Source of the DNA: Thermoanaerobaculia bacterium
GTDB taxonomy: Bacteria > Acidobacteriota > Thermoanaerobaculia > Multivoradales > UBA5704
Assembly (NCBI GenBank): GCA_036380715.1
Contig: DASVEF010000370.1
Span: forward strand, 7,727 to 71,726
Direction of reading: 5' to 3'
DNA: 64,000 bases
The position numbers were made by a program, and so were the translations under genes. Positions 49,029 to 58,395 of this stretch are shown in pieces (the first letter of the stretch is position 1; the number at the start of each line of letters is the position of its first letter). The notes below the pieces were generated by a model. That model saw only the letters and a list, made by a program, of their open reading frames with translations. It was not told the DNA's origin and did no database searches.

Positions 49029-50231
49029 ATGGACGTCGAGTACTCCTCGCAGAGCCGCAGCGAACGCCTGATCGCCGGCATGCGGCTGCTCGCCGCCTGG
49101 CCGCGGAGCTCTCTCCGCGACGCCGACGACCTCCTCGCCCACCTGCTGGGCCAGGTGGCCAGCATTCTGGAAGCTCCGCGCGTCCTCCTGATCTGGGAGG
49201 AGATCGACGAGCCGTGGCTCTATCTGGCGCACTGGTCGGGCGGCGGGCTGGAGCGGTTCCGCGAGCCCCCGCCCGACGCTCCGCTCGTGCCCGGGCCTCT
49301 CACCGGGGCGAGCTTTCTTTCGAACGGTGCCGGCGAGACCTGGTACCAGTGCGAGCGGGGGATCGAGCGCTGGCGCGGCGCGCCGGTCGACGAGGGCGTC
49401 CGGCGCCGCTTCGCCGTCGAGGAGTTGGCCTCCTGGCCCGTGCTGGGCGAGGTCGTGCAGGGCCGGCTGTTCGTCCTCGACCGCAAGGATCTCGAGAGGG
49501 ACCATCTCGTCCTGGGGGAGATCGTGGCGCTGCGCCTGGCCGCGGAGCTCGATCAGTTCTACCTGACGCGACAGGTCCGGACCGTGGCGGTGACCGACGA
49601 GAGGATCCGCCTCGCCTGCGACCTCCACGACGGCATGCTCCAGTCGCTCACGGGGACCGCTCTGCAGCTTCAGGCCCTGGCGAAGCTGATGGAGGGGGGT
49701 CCGCCGGCCGCTCGCGAGCAGCTCCTGGAGGTCCAGCGGCTCATCGCCTCCGACCAGCGCGACCTGCGCTTCTTCATCGAGGAGCTGAAGCCGGTCCCGC
49801 GGGCGCTCGCCGGTCAGGCCGACCTGCGGAGCCGCCTGGCGGAGCTGGCGGACCGGATCAAGCGGCTCTGGGGCCTCCAGATCGACGTCCGCCTGGAAGC
49901 CATCGAGGACCAGGTCCCGGAGGCGTTCATCCGGCAGCTCTACCGGCTGCTGCGCGAGGCGCTGTTCAATGTGGCCCGCCATGCCGAGGCGTCCAGCGCC
50001 CAGGTCGAGATCTCCCGGCAGGGGCAGGAGCTGAGCATCACCGTGACCGATGACGGGCGCGGGTTCCCCTTCCGCGGCCGCTACGAGCACGAGGAGCTCC
50101 ATCAGAGAAAGCTGGGGCCGGTCAGCCTCAAGGAGCGGATCTCCGCCCTGGGCGGATCGCTCGCCATCGACTCCTGCCCCGGCCTGACGCGCCTGGAGAT
50201 GCACCTCCCGATCGGAGGAAGGACGAGATGA
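49029..50231 (+). CDS. sensor histidine kinase, HisKA_3 (NarX/DesK-type) with N-terminal GAF-like sensory region
   Basis: H-box CDLHDGMLQSLTG. HATPase_c N/G boxes. Stop overlaps the downstream LuxR-type RR by 4 nt. Confidence 0.8.
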   Translation: MDVEYSSQSRSERLIAGMRLLAAWPRSSLRDADDLLAHLLGQVASILEAPRVLLIWEEIDEPWLYLAHWSGGGLERFREPPPDAPLVPGPLTGASFLSNGAGETWYQCERGIERWRGAPVDEGVRRRFAVEELASWPVLGEVVQGRLFVLDRKDLERDHLVLGEIVALRLAAELDQFYLTRQVRTVAVTDERIRLACDLHDGMLQSLTGTALQLQALAKLMEGGPPAAREQLLEVQRLIASDQRDLRFFIEELKPVPRALAGQADLRSRLAELADRIKRLWGLQIDVRLEAIEDQVPEAFIRQLYRLLREALFNVARHAEASSAQVEISRQGQELSITVTDDGRGFPFRGRYEHEELHQRKLGPVSLKERISALGGSLAIDSCPGLTRLEMHLPIGGRTR

Positions 50232-50896
50232 AAGATGAAACGGAGGTTTCGCCGGCAACGCCGATCCGCCTGGTGATCGTGGACGATCACCCGATCGTCC
50301 TCGAGGGGCTCGAGCGGCTCTTTCGCCTCGAGGGAGACTTCGAGATCGTCGCGCGGTGCGTCAACGGGTCCGAAGCCCTGGAAGCCGTGCGCACCTACCT
50401 GCCCGACATCCTCGTGCTCGACATCCGCCTGCCGGGCCGGAGCGGCCTCGACGTGCTGGACCAGGTGCGGCGCGAAGGGCTGCCGACCCACGCGGTCCTG
50501 CTGGCCGGCTCCATCAACGAAGACGAGCTCGTCGAGGCCCTTCACCTGGGAGCGCGCGGAATCGTCCTCAAGGAGATGGCGCCGGAGCTCCTGATCCGCT
50601 GCATCCGCACGGTCCACGCCGGCGGCCGCTGGCTGGAGAACGATTTCCTGAGCCGAGCGCTCGAGGGGATCCTCAAGCGGGACGGAGTCGCCAGGCCGGG
50701 GCGGCTCGCGCTGTCGGTCCGGGAGCTGGAGATCGTGCGCCTGGCTGCGACCGGCCACCACAACCGGGAGATCGCCGAAAGCCTCCACATCACCGAGGGA
50801 ACGGTGAAGGTCCACCTGCACAACATCTACGAGAAGCTGGGAATCGAGGGCCGGGTCGAGCTGACGATCTACGCCCGCGACCACGGCTGGGTCTAA
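50228..50896 (+). CDS. response regulator, NarL/FixJ (LuxR-type HTH) family
   Basis: REC (RLVIVDDHPIV...DILVLDIRLPG). LuxR HTH LSVRELEIVRLAATGHHNREIAESLHITEGTVKVHL. Confidence 0.9.
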   Translation: MKDETEVSPATPIRLVIVDDHPIVLEGLERLFRLEGDFEIVARCVNGSEALEAVRTYLPDILVLDIRLPGRSGLDVLDQVRREGLPTHAVLLAGSINEDELVEALHLGARGIVLKEMAPELLIRCIRTVHAGGRWLENDFLSRALEGILKRDGVARPGRLALSVRELEIVRLAATGHHNREIAESLHITEGTVKVHLHNIYEKLGIEGRVELTIYARDHGWV

Positions 50897-50903
50897 ATGC
50901 AGC

Positions 50904-51689
50904 TCAGCCCGTCCCTGCCGCTTTCGCGAACAGCCGGAAAAAATTCTCCCCCGTCCTCCGCGCCACCTGCTCCGGCGTCTCTCCGGTCTCCTGGGCGAGC
51001 CGGGCGGCGATCTCGACCACGTAGGCGGGGCGGTTGGGCTTGCCCCGGTAGGGGATGGGGGCGAGATAAGGCGTATCGGTCTCGACCAGGCAGCGGTCGG
51101 GAGGGAGGACGGGGATCACCTCGCGGACGTTGCCGGCCTTGGGGAAGGTGATCATGCCGGAAAGGCCGAGGTAGAAGCCGCGCTCGGTCAGTTCCTTGGC
51201 CATCTCCAGGCCACCGGCGAAGGAGTGAAAGTCGGCCTGGAGATCTCGGAAGGCCTCCTCGCGGACGACTTCCAGCATCTCCTCGTTGCTGTCGCGGTTG
51301 TGGACCACGACCGGAAGCCCCAGCTCGACAGCCAGCTCCCACTGCTCGCGCAGGACACGAAACTGCACGTCCCGCGGCGAGTGGTCGTAGTAGAAGTCGA
51401 GCCCGCACTCCCCCACCGCTACGGCCCTGGGATCGGCGAGCAGGGAGCGCAGGCGCTCGCGGTCCCCTGGCTGCCAGGTGCCGGCGTCGTGGGGGTGGAC
51501 GCCGAGGGCGCACCAGACGTCCGGGTGGCGGTGGCAGAAGGCGAGGATATCCTCCGCCTCGTTCAGCCGGATGGCGGGGACGAGGAAGCCGCGCACCCCC
51601 CTCTCGCGGGCGTGGTCGAGGGCGCGCTCCCGCTCGTCGGGGGGGAGGCTCTGGAGGTGGCAGTGGGAGTCGATCGGGCCCGTGCTCAC
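50904..51689 (-). CDS. tatD: TatD-family metal-dependent hydrolase/DNase
   Basis: GTG start overlapping metG stop (GTGA). Motifs IDSHCHL, GECGLDFYY, HNRD. Confidence 0.85.
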   Translation of the reverse strand: MSTGPIDSHCHLQSLPPDERERALDHARERGVRGFLVPAIRLNEAEDILAFCHRHPDVWCALGVHPHDAGTWQPGDRERLRSLLADPRAVAVGECGLDFYYDHSPRDVQFRVLREQWELAVELGLPVVVHNRDSNEEMLEVVREEAFRDLQADFHSFAGGLEMAKELTERGFYLGLSGMITFPKAGNVREVIPVLPPDRCLVETDTPYLAPIPYRGKPNRPAYVVEIAARLAQETGETPEQVARRTGENFFRLFAKAAGTG

Positions 51690-53605
51690 CGGACCCGCGT
51701 CCCGTTCGGGACCTCGCCTCCCGGGTGAAGCAGGACCGGTTTGCCGTCGATCGACGCCGCGAGCACCATCCCCTGCGACTCGACCCCCATCAGCTTGGCC
51801 GGCTGCAGGTTGGCGACGACGATCACCTGCTTCCCCACGAGATCCTCCGGTGCGTAGGCGAGGCCGATGCCCGCCACCACGGTGCGGGGGTTCTCGTCTC
51901 CTGCGTCCACGGTCAGCTTGAGCAGCTTGTCCGACTTCGGCACCCGCTCCGCCGCCTGGACGGTCGCCACCTTCAGCTCGGTCTGCATGAACTGGTCGAT
52001 CGAGATCAATTTCTTCTCCTGTCCGGTCGGGGCCTTCGCCGGCGCGGTCGCGGAAGGTTTCGCGTCGCCGAGGTAGGCCTCCTTGTCGATGCGTGGGAAG
52101 AGCGGCTTCGGCTCGGGCAGCTCGACGCCGTTGGGAGTCCCGCCCCACTCCAGGGCGTCGAGGCTCGCCGGCACCTCGGTCACGCCGATCGCCGCCAGCA
52201 CCTCGGGAGCGATCTTCGGCATGAAGGGGAGGAGGCCGGTGGCCACGATGCGCACGGATTCGAGGCCGTTCCAGAGAACCCGCGAGAGCTTCCCGGTTGG
52301 TCCCTCGGTCTTGATGAGCTTCCAGGGCTCGCGCGTGACCAGGTACCCGTTGGCCTCGGCGAGCAGCTTCCACAGAGCCTCGAGCGCACGGTGGAAGGAC
52401 AGGTCCTCCATGGCGGCGCGGTACTCGGGCACGATGCGGCGGGAGGCCTCGATGAGCGGGTTGTCAGTGCAGGGCTCCGGCGGGGTCTTGCCGTCGAAGG
52501 CGCGGCGCGACAGCGTCACCAGCCGGCTCACGGTGTTGCCGAGGTCGTTGGCGAGGTCGCTGTTGTAGCGGCCGACGAAGGCCTCGTCGGAGAACTGCGC
52601 GTCCTGCCCGAACACCATCTCGCGGAACAGGAAGTAGCGCACGCTGTCGGCGCCGAAGCGGTCGATCAGCTCATCCGGCCGGACGATGTTGCCGGCCGAC
52701 TTCGAGACCTTGCGGCCGTCGCGCAGCCACCAGCCGTGGGCCCAGACCGTGGTGGGTAGCGGCAGCTTCGCGGACATCAGGAAGGCCGGCCAGTAGATGG
52801 TGTGGAAACGGAGGATGTCCTTGCCGATGAGGTGGAGCCGGACATCGCCCTTCTCCCAGAACTTTTCGTAGAGCCCGCGGTCCTCTCGGCCGAAACCGAG
52901 GGCGCTGATGTAGTTGGTCAGCGCGTCGAGCCAGACGTAGACGGTCTGGCCGGGATAACCTGGGAAGGGGATGCCCCAGTCCAGGTTCGCGCGCGAGACC
53001 GACAGGTCGCGCAGGCCGGCTTCGACGAAGGCGCGGACCTCGTTCAGACGGCTCGCCGGGCGGACGAACTCCGGATGCTTGTCGTAGAGGTCGAGCAGCG
53101 GCTGCTGGTACCTGGAAAGCCGGAAGAAGAGGTTCTCCTCCGACTTCCACTCCACCGCGGTGCCGTGCACCGGGCAGGTCTTGTCGGGGCCCAGCTCCTT
53201 CTCGGTATAGAAGGTCTCGCAGGGCGAGCAGTACCACCCCTCATGGGTGGCGCTGTAGAAGTCTCCCGCCTCCTCGATGCGGCGGATCATCTCCTCGACG
53301 CCGCGCTTGTGGCGCTCCTCGGTCGTGCGGACGAAGTCGTCGTAGGAGAAGCCGAGCCGGTCCTTCAGGTCGCGGTATTGGGCGACCACCCGGTCGGCCA
53401 GCTCGATGGGCGTGATCCCCTCGTTGCGCGCGGCCCGCTCGATGTTCTGCCCGTGCTCGTCGGTGCCGGTGAGGAAGCGGACGTCGTCCCCGGCCATGCG
53501 CCGGTAGCGCACCAGGGCGTCGCCCACGGTGGTCGTATAGATGTGCCCGATGTGGGGCAGGCTGTTGACGTAGTAGATGGGGGTGGTGACGTAGAAGGTG
53601 CTCAT
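51686..53605 (-). CDS. metG: methionine--tRNA ligase (with C-terminal tRNA-binding domain)
   Basis: HIGH (LPHIGHIYTT), KMSKS (KVSKSAGN), C-terminal EMAP/Trbp111-like domain. Confidence 0.95.
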   Translation of the reverse strand: MSTFYVTTPIYYVNSLPHIGHIYTTTVGDALVRYRRMAGDDVRFLTGTDEHGQNIERAARNEGITPIELADRVVAQYRDLKDRLGFSYDDFVRTTEERHKRGVEEMIRRIEEAGDFYSATHEGWYCSPCETFYTEKELGPDKTCPVHGTAVEWKSEENLFFRLSRYQQPLLDLYDKHPEFVRPASRLNEVRAFVEAGLRDLSVSRANLDWGIPFPGYPGQTVYVWLDALTNYISALGFGREDRGLYEKFWEKGDVRLHLIGKDILRFHTIYWPAFLMSAKLPLPTTVWAHGWWLRDGRKVSKSAGNIVRPDELIDRFGADSVRYFLFREMVFGQDAQFSDEAFVGRYNSDLANDLGNTVSRLVTLSRRAFDGKTPPEPCTDNPLIEASRRIVPEYRAAMEDLSFHRALEALWKLLAEANGYLVTREPWKLIKTEGPTGKLSRVLWNGLESVRIVATGLLPFMPKIAPEVLAAIGVTEVPASLDALEWGGTPNGVELPEPKPLFPRIDKEAYLGDAKPSATAPAKAPTGQEKKLISIDQFMQTELKVATVQAAERVPKSDKLLKLTVDAGDENPRTVVAGIGLAYAPEDLVGKQVIVVANLQPAKLMGVESQGMVLAASIDGKPVLLHPGGEVPNGTRVR

Positions 53606-54492
53606 GGAGCCGGAGATTGTAACTCCTCGGGCGTGAAGATGTAGTGCGCCCCGCAGAACACGCAGTCGGCGTCGATCGTGCCGTCCTCGCGGCGCAGGTA
53701 GTCGCGGTCGTCGGCCGGGAGCAGGACCAGGTGGCGGAGGAGCCTTTCGCGGCTGCAGCGGCAGCGGTACCGCATCGGGCTCACCTCCAGGACCTCGCGG
53801 TCGAGGCCGGAGAGGACGGTCTCCATGACGTAGGGGATGCCCCCCTCCTCCAGCAGCTCGCTGATCCCCTTGATGCGGAAGATATTCTCTTCCAGGCGCG
53901 AGATCACTTCCTCGGGAGCACCGGGCAGGACCTCGACGATCATCCCGCCCGCCGCGGCCACGCCGCTCGGCTTGCCGAGGACCCCCAGGAGCACGGCCGA
54001 GTTGGTCTGCTCGCTCTGCGAGAGGTAGTGGGCCAGGTCCTCGCCGATCTCGCCGTTGACCAGCTCCACCTGGCTCTGGTAGCCGCCTCCCCCCGCGTAC
54101 TCGCGGCGCACCCAGAGGTGCCCCTTCCCCACCGCGCGGCCGACGGCCAGCTTGTTGTCGGTCCAGTGCGGGACATCCACCTGAGGATGTCCCACGAGCC
54201 CGCGCAGGTTCCCCTCCTGATCGGCCTCGGCCATGACGCGGAGGATCGGACCGTCCCCGCGCACCTCCACGGTGAGCCGGGTCGGGGTCTTCGCGGCGAG
54301 GCGCAGCAGCAGCGCGGCTCCCGCCATGCAGCGCCCGAGGGCCGCCGTGGACACCGGGCTGAGATCGCGCCGGTCGCGCGCCTCCTGGACCACGTCCGTC
54401 AGATCGACCACCGCCCAGCGGAAGGCCCCCTCTCCGGCGAGGCCCAGCTCGAGCCGGCCTCCCGCCGACACGGGTGCATTCATCTCTTCCAT
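53602..54492 (-). CDS. hslO: Hsp33 redox-regulated chaperone
   Basis: Hsp33 fold. C-terminal zinc centre CRC...CVFC. Confidence 0.85.
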   Translation of the reverse strand: MEEMNAPVSAGGRLELGLAGEGAFRWAVVDLTDVVQEARDRRDLSPVSTAALGRCMAGAALLLRLAAKTPTRLTVEVRGDGPILRVMAEADQEGNLRGLVGHPQVDVPHWTDNKLAVGRAVGKGHLWVRREYAGGGGYQSQVELVNGEIGEDLAHYLSQSEQTNSAVLLGVLGKPSGVAAAGGMIVEVLPGAPEEVISRLEENIFRIKGISELLEEGGIPYVMETVLSGLDREVLEVSPMRYRCRCSRERLLRHLVLLPADDRDYLRREDGTIDADCVFCGAHYIFTPEELQSPAP

Positions 54493-54506
54493 CACGGCTC
54501 GTCTCT

Positions 54507-55784
54507 TCAGGTTGAAGGTTGGATGGCCGCCAGGGCGGCGCGGTAAACGTCGCGCCAAGGGACTCCGCCGGCCAGCGCGAGACGCCGGCAGTCCTCGAAC
54601 TCCGGCGCGGCGGCGAGCAGCTTCCCCTGGAAGCGGGCCTGCTTGATCCGCACGGTGCCGAACGCGGTCTCGACCTCGGCCGTCTCGCGCTCCGCCTCGA
54701 AGCGGTTCGTCAGGTAATAACGGCAACCGAGCGAGCCGGATTCCATCAGCAGCATCCCCGCGAGCGCCTCGATCTGAGGGCGGCGGCAGAGGAGCGTGAT
54801 CAGCGTCCCCGGGCGATTCTTCTTCATCTGCACAGGAGTGAAGTAGACGTCCAGCGCTCCGGCTTCGAGCAGGCGCTCCATCAGGAAGCCGAACCCCTCG
54901 CCCGGCAGATCGTCCACCTGGCACTCGATGACGGCCACCTCCGGCCGGGCCTCGGCCCCTCGCCCGCGCAGGAGCCGGACGGCGTTGGGCTGGTGCGCGA
55001 GGTCCTTGCGGCCGAGCCCATAGCCCACCCCTTCCAGGACCATGGCCGGGAGCTCCACGAATTCGTCGACCAGCTCGGCGAGCAGCACCGCTCCGGTCGG
55101 CGTGGTCAGCTCCCCTCCCGGACCGCCGTAGACCGGCACCCCGCGCAGCAGCTCCGCCGTGGCGGGCGCCGGAACCGACAGCTCGCCGTGCGCGGTCTTC
55201 ACCCGGCCGCTGCCCACGTTCACCGGCCCGCAGGTCAGGCGCTCGGGAGCCAGGTGCTCGATCGCCGCGGCGGCCCCCACCAGGTCGACGATGGAGTCCA
55301 CCGCCCCCACCTCATGGAAGTGGACCCGCTCGATCGGCATGCCGTGCGCCTTGGCCTCCGCCTCCCCCAACCGCTGGAAGAGCCGGAGCGCCCGCTCCTT
55401 GACCGGCGCGGAGAGTCCGCTCTCCTGGATGAGCTGGCGGATCGCCGGCAGGTCCCGGCTGTGTCCGTGGTGATGTCCGTGCCCGTGGCCGTGTTCCTGT
55501 CCGTGATCGTGGTGGTGGTGGTGATGATGCTCGTGCTCGTGATGGTGGTGCTGCACCTCCTCCGGGTCCGGCCCTTCGAGCGGACGGCCGTCGACCAGGA
55601 CACGGAAACGGACGCCGGTGAAGCCGCCGCGGGAGGCCTTGCGGCTCTCGACCGAGACGCCCGGGAGGCGGAGCCGCTCGACCGTGTCGGCGAGCACTTC
55701 CAGGGGCATTCCGAGGTCCAGACAGGCGCCCAGGAACATGTCGCCCGCGATGCCGCTGGAGCAGTCGAGGTGGTATCTCGCCAT
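54507..55784 (-). CDS. larC: LarC-family (DUF111) nickel-insertion protein with His-rich insert
   Basis: N-terminus MARYHLDCSSGIAGDM (LarC start motif). His-rich run HHHHEHEHHHHHHHDHGQEHGHGHGHHHGH. C-terminal domain conserved. Confidence 0.8.
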   Translation of the reverse strand: MARYHLDCSSGIAGDMFLGACLDLGMPLEVLADTVERLRLPGVSVESRKASRGGFTGVRFRVLVDGRPLEGPDPEEVQHHHHEHEHHHHHHHDHGQEHGHGHGHHHGHSRDLPAIRQLIQESGLSAPVKERALRLFQRLGEAEAKAHGMPIERVHFHEVGAVDSIVDLVGAAAAIEHLAPERLTCGPVNVGSGRVKTAHGELSVPAPATAELLRGVPVYGGPGGELTTPTGAVLLAELVDEFVELPAMVLEGVGYGLGRKDLAHQPNAVRLLRGRGAEARPEVAVIECQVDDLPGEGFGFLMERLLEAGALDVYFTPVQMKKNRPGTLITLLCRRPQIEALAGMLLMESGSLGCRYYLTNRFEAERETAEVETAFGTVRIKQARFQGKLLAAAPEFEDCRRLALAGGVPWRDVYRAALAAIQPST

Positions 55785-55795
55785 GGGCCGGAAGG

Positions 55796-56473
55796 CTACC
55801 ATGCCAGCCGATCCCGCAGAGACGTCCAGCGCCCCCGGCTGCCCAGGACCAGGTGGTCGTGGAGCTTGACGCCGAGCACGGCCGCCGCGTCCGCCAGATG
55901 GCGCGTGAATTGGAGGTCGTCCGCGCTCGGACTGGGATCGCCGCTGGGATGGGTGTGGAAGAGAACGACCCCGGCGGCGTTGCGCAGCAGGCACTCCTTG
56001 AGAATCTCCCGGGGATCGACGGCCGCCCGGTCGAGCGTGCCGCGGAAGATCTCCCGCTCGCCCAGCAGGCGGCTCCGGATGTCGAGGAACAGGGCCCCCA
56101 TGACCTCCTGGTCGCCGGTCGGATACCGCAGGCTCAGATAGCGGGCGATCTCGGCGGGCCGGCTCAGAAGATCCCGGTCCTCGTCCGCGACCTTCTCCTT
56201 GGCGAGACGGCGCGCGATCTCCAGGGCAGCCAGGAGCGACGCGGCCTTGGCCGGGCCGAGCCCCCGCCGCCGCAGAGTCTGGGGCGTGGCGCCCAGCAGG
56301 CCGGCGAGCCCTCCGTTCTCGTACAGGAGCTCCCGCGCGATCTCGAGCGCCGAGGCCCCGAGGCTCCCGGTGCGGAGCAGCACGGCGACCAGCTCCGAAT
56401 CCGCGAGCGAGCCGCTCCCCTGCTCCAGCAGCCGCTCCCGGGGGCGCTCCGTCTCCGGCAGCTCGCGGATCAT
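55796..56473 (-). CDS. radC: RadC-family JAB/MPN-domain protein (UPF0758)
   Basis: HhH N-terminal region. JAMM motif HTHPSGDPSPSADD. Overlaps cobB stop. Confidence 0.85.
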   Translation of the reverse strand: MIRELPETERPRERLLEQGSGSLADSELVAVLLRTGSLGASALEIARELLYENGGLAGLLGATPQTLRRRGLGPAKAASLLAALEIARRLAKEKVADEDRDLLSRPAEIARYLSLRYPTGDQEVMGALFLDIRSRLLGEREIFRGTLDRAAVDPREILKECLLRNAAGVVLFHTHPSGDPSPSADDLQFTRHLADAAAVLGVKLHDHLVLGSRGRWTSLRDRLAW

Positions 56474-57231
56474 CCAAGAGCCCGGCATCGCTCGATCTCC
56501 CCGGTCAGCTTCGGAAGGGCCTCCCCCGCCGGCGCGGCGATCTGCAGGTCCATCTGCCGCGAGTACGGGGTCGGCTCGGGATTGACCTCGATGACGCAGG
56601 CGCCCGCCCGGTGCGCCACATCGATCAGCCCGGCCGCGGGATAGACCGTGGAGGACGTGCCCACCGACAGGAACAGGTCGCACCGGGACGCCTCCCGCTG
56701 CGACCGCGAGAGCACCTCGGGATCGAGCGTCTCGCCGAACCAGACCACCGCCGGGCGAAACCTCCCGCCGCACTCGCAGAGCGGCGGCTCCTCGGGCGAC
56801 TCCGCGATCGCCTCGCCCATGTCCCGCAGCCGGCCGCAGACGTTGCAGCGCGCGTGCAGCAGGGTGCCGTGCAGCTCCAGCAGGCTCCGGCTCCCCGCTC
56901 GGGCGTGGAGGCCGTCGACGTTCTGGGTGACGAGGAGAAAGGACGGGAACAGGGTCTCCCATTGGACGAGCGCCAAGTGCGCCGGATTCGGCTGGGCGGC
57001 CGCGGCCGTCCGGTAGCGCCAGGCGTACCACTGCCAGACCTTCTCCGGGTGCGAGCGGAACGCCTCGGGGGTGGCCAGCTCTTCGGGGCGCATACGCTCC
57101 CAGAGCCCGCCGGCGCCGCGGAATGTGTCGAGCCCGCTCTCGCGCGACACCCCCGCGCCTGAGAAGGCGACAACGCGCCGGGCAGCGCGGATGCGCTCCC
57201 GGATCTCTTCGGGAATCCGCAAACTCTCCAT
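56470..57231 (-). CDS. cobB: NAD-dependent protein deacylase, Sir2 family (CobB)
   Basis: GAGVSRESGLDTFRG. Catalytic context TQNVDGLH. Zn ribbon CNVCG...CECGG. Confidence 0.9.
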   Translation of the reverse strand: MESLRIPEEIRERIRAARRVVAFSGAGVSRESGLDTFRGAGGLWERMRPEELATPEAFRSHPEKVWQWYAWRYRTAAAAQPNPAHLALVQWETLFPSFLLVTQNVDGLHARAGSRSLLELHGTLLHARCNVCGRLRDMGEAIAESPEEPPLCECGGRFRPAVVWFGETLDPEVLSRSQREASRCDLFLSVGTSSTVYPAAGLIDVAHRAGACVIEVNPEPTPYSRQMDLQIAAPAGEALPKLTGEIERCRALG

Positions 57232-57364
57232 TCGATACCCTCCCTCGGGCAGACGTGTGCCCGTTCACCCCTATATAAGACGGAAAACAGGTCCCGAATC
57301 TCGCACAGAATTTTTCGCCGGCGTCGCGTTGACACCCCGGCGTCCTCTTGCTACAAACGCGCCC

Positions 57365-58240
57365 ATGCCTTTGCTACCCACCAACTTCGGCCTGCTGGAG
57401 CCGGAAGACTGCGACTACGAGACCAGCCGCATCGTCGTGCTGCCCGTCCCCTTCGAGCGCACCACCTCCTATGGAAAAGGGACGACCGCCGGACCCGCGG
57501 CGATCATCCGCGCCTCGCAGGCCATGGAGCTGTGGGACGAGGAGCTGGGGACCGAGCCCTACCGGCAGGGGATCGCGACCCTCTCCCCTTTCCTCCCCGA
57601 GAGCTTCGACATGAAGGAGGCGCTCGCGGAGATCCAGGCCGAAGCCCGGGAGCACATGGAGAAGGGCAAGTTCGTGGTGACGCTCGGCGGCGAGCACAGC
57701 TTGAGCCAGGCGCCGATCCAGGCCGCGAAGGAGACCCACGGCAAGATCGGCGTGGTCCAGTTCGACGCCCACGCCGACCTGCGGGAGGAGTTCGAGGGGA
57801 CCCCCTACAGCCACGCGAGCGTCATGAAGCGGGTGGTCGACGCGGGCATCCCGACCCTGGCGGTGGGCATCCGCTCGCTCTCCTCCCCGGAAGCCGCGCT
57901 GGTCCGCAGAAAGGACCTGCCGGTGATCTGGGGCCACCAGCTCAACCGGGCCGCCGAGATGTTCCTGGAGATGCTCGCCTCCCTGCCCGAGAAGATCTAC
58001 CTCACCTTCGACGTCGACTACTTCGACCCCTCCCTGGTCCCCGCGACCGGCACTCCCGAGCCGGGCGGCGGCCTCTGGTATCCCACCCTGGGCCTCCTCC
58101 GCCACCTCTTCCAGACCAAGACCGTCGTCTCCATGGACGTGGTCGAGCTGGCTCCCATCGGTGGCCAGCCGGCGAGCGACTTCCTGACCTCGAAGCTGAT
58201 CTACAAGTGCCTGGGGTATCTGCAGGAGGCGGAGGAGTAG
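57365..58240 (+). CDS. speB: agmatinase / ureohydrolase (arginase family)
   Basis: Arginase-family metal-binding motifs GGEHS, DAHADL and SMDVVELAP. Start MPLLPTNF. Confidence 0.8.
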   Translation: MPLLPTNFGLLEPEDCDYETSRIVVLPVPFERTTSYGKGTTAGPAAIIRASQAMELWDEELGTEPYRQGIATLSPFLPESFDMKEALAEIQAEAREHMEKGKFVVTLGGEHSLSQAPIQAAKETHGKIGVVQFDAHADLREEFEGTPYSHASVMKRVVDAGIPTLAVGIRSLSSPEAALVRRKDLPVIWGHQLNRAAEMFLEMLASLPEKIYLTFDVDYFDPSLVPATGTPEPGGGLWYPTLGLLRHLFQTKTVVSMDVVELAPIGGQPASDFLTSKLIYKCLGYLQEAEE

Positions 58241-58274
58241 CGGTAGCGCCGAGCCCTTCTACCCCGCCGCGCGG

Positions 58275-58395
58275 GCCCTCACCCCCGTCCCCTCTCCCGT
58301 CACCGGGAGAGGGGCGCCCCCGCCCGACGCTTCTTCCTTCTTTCCGCGTCTTCCCCCTCTCCCGGTGACGGGAGAGGGGGCCAGGGGGTGAGGGT
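58275..58395. repeat. GC-rich nested-palindrome intergenic repeat, copy D (two hairpin units in opposite orientation flanking about 45 bp)
   Basis: CCCTCACCCCCGTCCCCTCTCCCGTCACCGGGAGAGGGG ... CCCCCTCTCCCGGTGACGGGAGAGGGGGCCAGGGGGTGAGGG, between convergent speB and SDR genes. Confidence 0.75.
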
